This document shows positions 16,494-16,542 of a stretch of DNA of 16,542 nt, one piece after another. The notes beneath the pieces are model-generated. The model was not told where the DNA came from, did not search any database, and worked only from the letters and a program-made list of their open reading frames with translations. Position 1 is the stretch's first letter. Each line of letters opens with the position of its first letter. Where the stretch lies: the UHGV virus genome UHGV-1597668. One strand, written 5' to 3'. The DNA comes from a virus. A program made the translations under genes and the position numbers.

Positions 16494-16542
16494 TGGAGAG
16501 GAAAGGGTGCATTGAGGATACCTGACACACGAAGAGTGGCGG

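Noticed and set aside
1-16542. Insertion sequences, transposases, integrases or toxin-antitoxin pairs
   Set aside because: No ORF shows transposase DDE, tyrosine or serine recombinase motifs; no terminal inverted repeats flanking a gene block; no small adjacent gene pair with toxin-antitoxin character.

Overview
This window reads as a bacteriophage P1-like phage-plasmid segment covering the plasmid-maintenance core and its flanks. All family and gene assignments are from motif reading and memory of P1, RdgC and Dam sequences; no database search was possible. Left to right: (1) a leftward, C1-operator-controlled operon uhr-like / hrdC (RdgC homologue) / dmt (788-aa fused C5-cytosine plus Dam-type N6-adenine methyltransferase), followed by an operator-associated promoter and a UUCG-tetraloop terminator that delimit a roughly 180-nt non-coding transcript; (2) a rightward operon of a PAAR-like small protein, a 263-aa unknown protein, an overlapped spanin-like pair and a 130-aa unknown protein; (3) an iteron replicon: oriR-like DnaA box and GATC cluster, five incC-like iterons, repA, incA-like iterons; (4) an 810-bp gene for a T5orf172/GIY-YIG-like protein with its own terminator, sitting between incA and parA where P1 has no gene as far as I recall; (5) P1-type parA-parB-parS; (6) late structural genes (gp23-like 569 aa, tail-sheath-like 529 aa, an acidic 271-aa protein, a 193-aa protein, a tail-tube-sized 169-aa protein) ending in a strong terminator. 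No tRNA, rRNA, CRISPR array or IS element was found. The observations I rate highest are the gene inserted between incA and parA, an intein block F/G-like segment placed directly before the catalytic Cys of the Dmt C5-methyltransferase domain, and the candidate repressor-controlled small RNA downstream of dmt.
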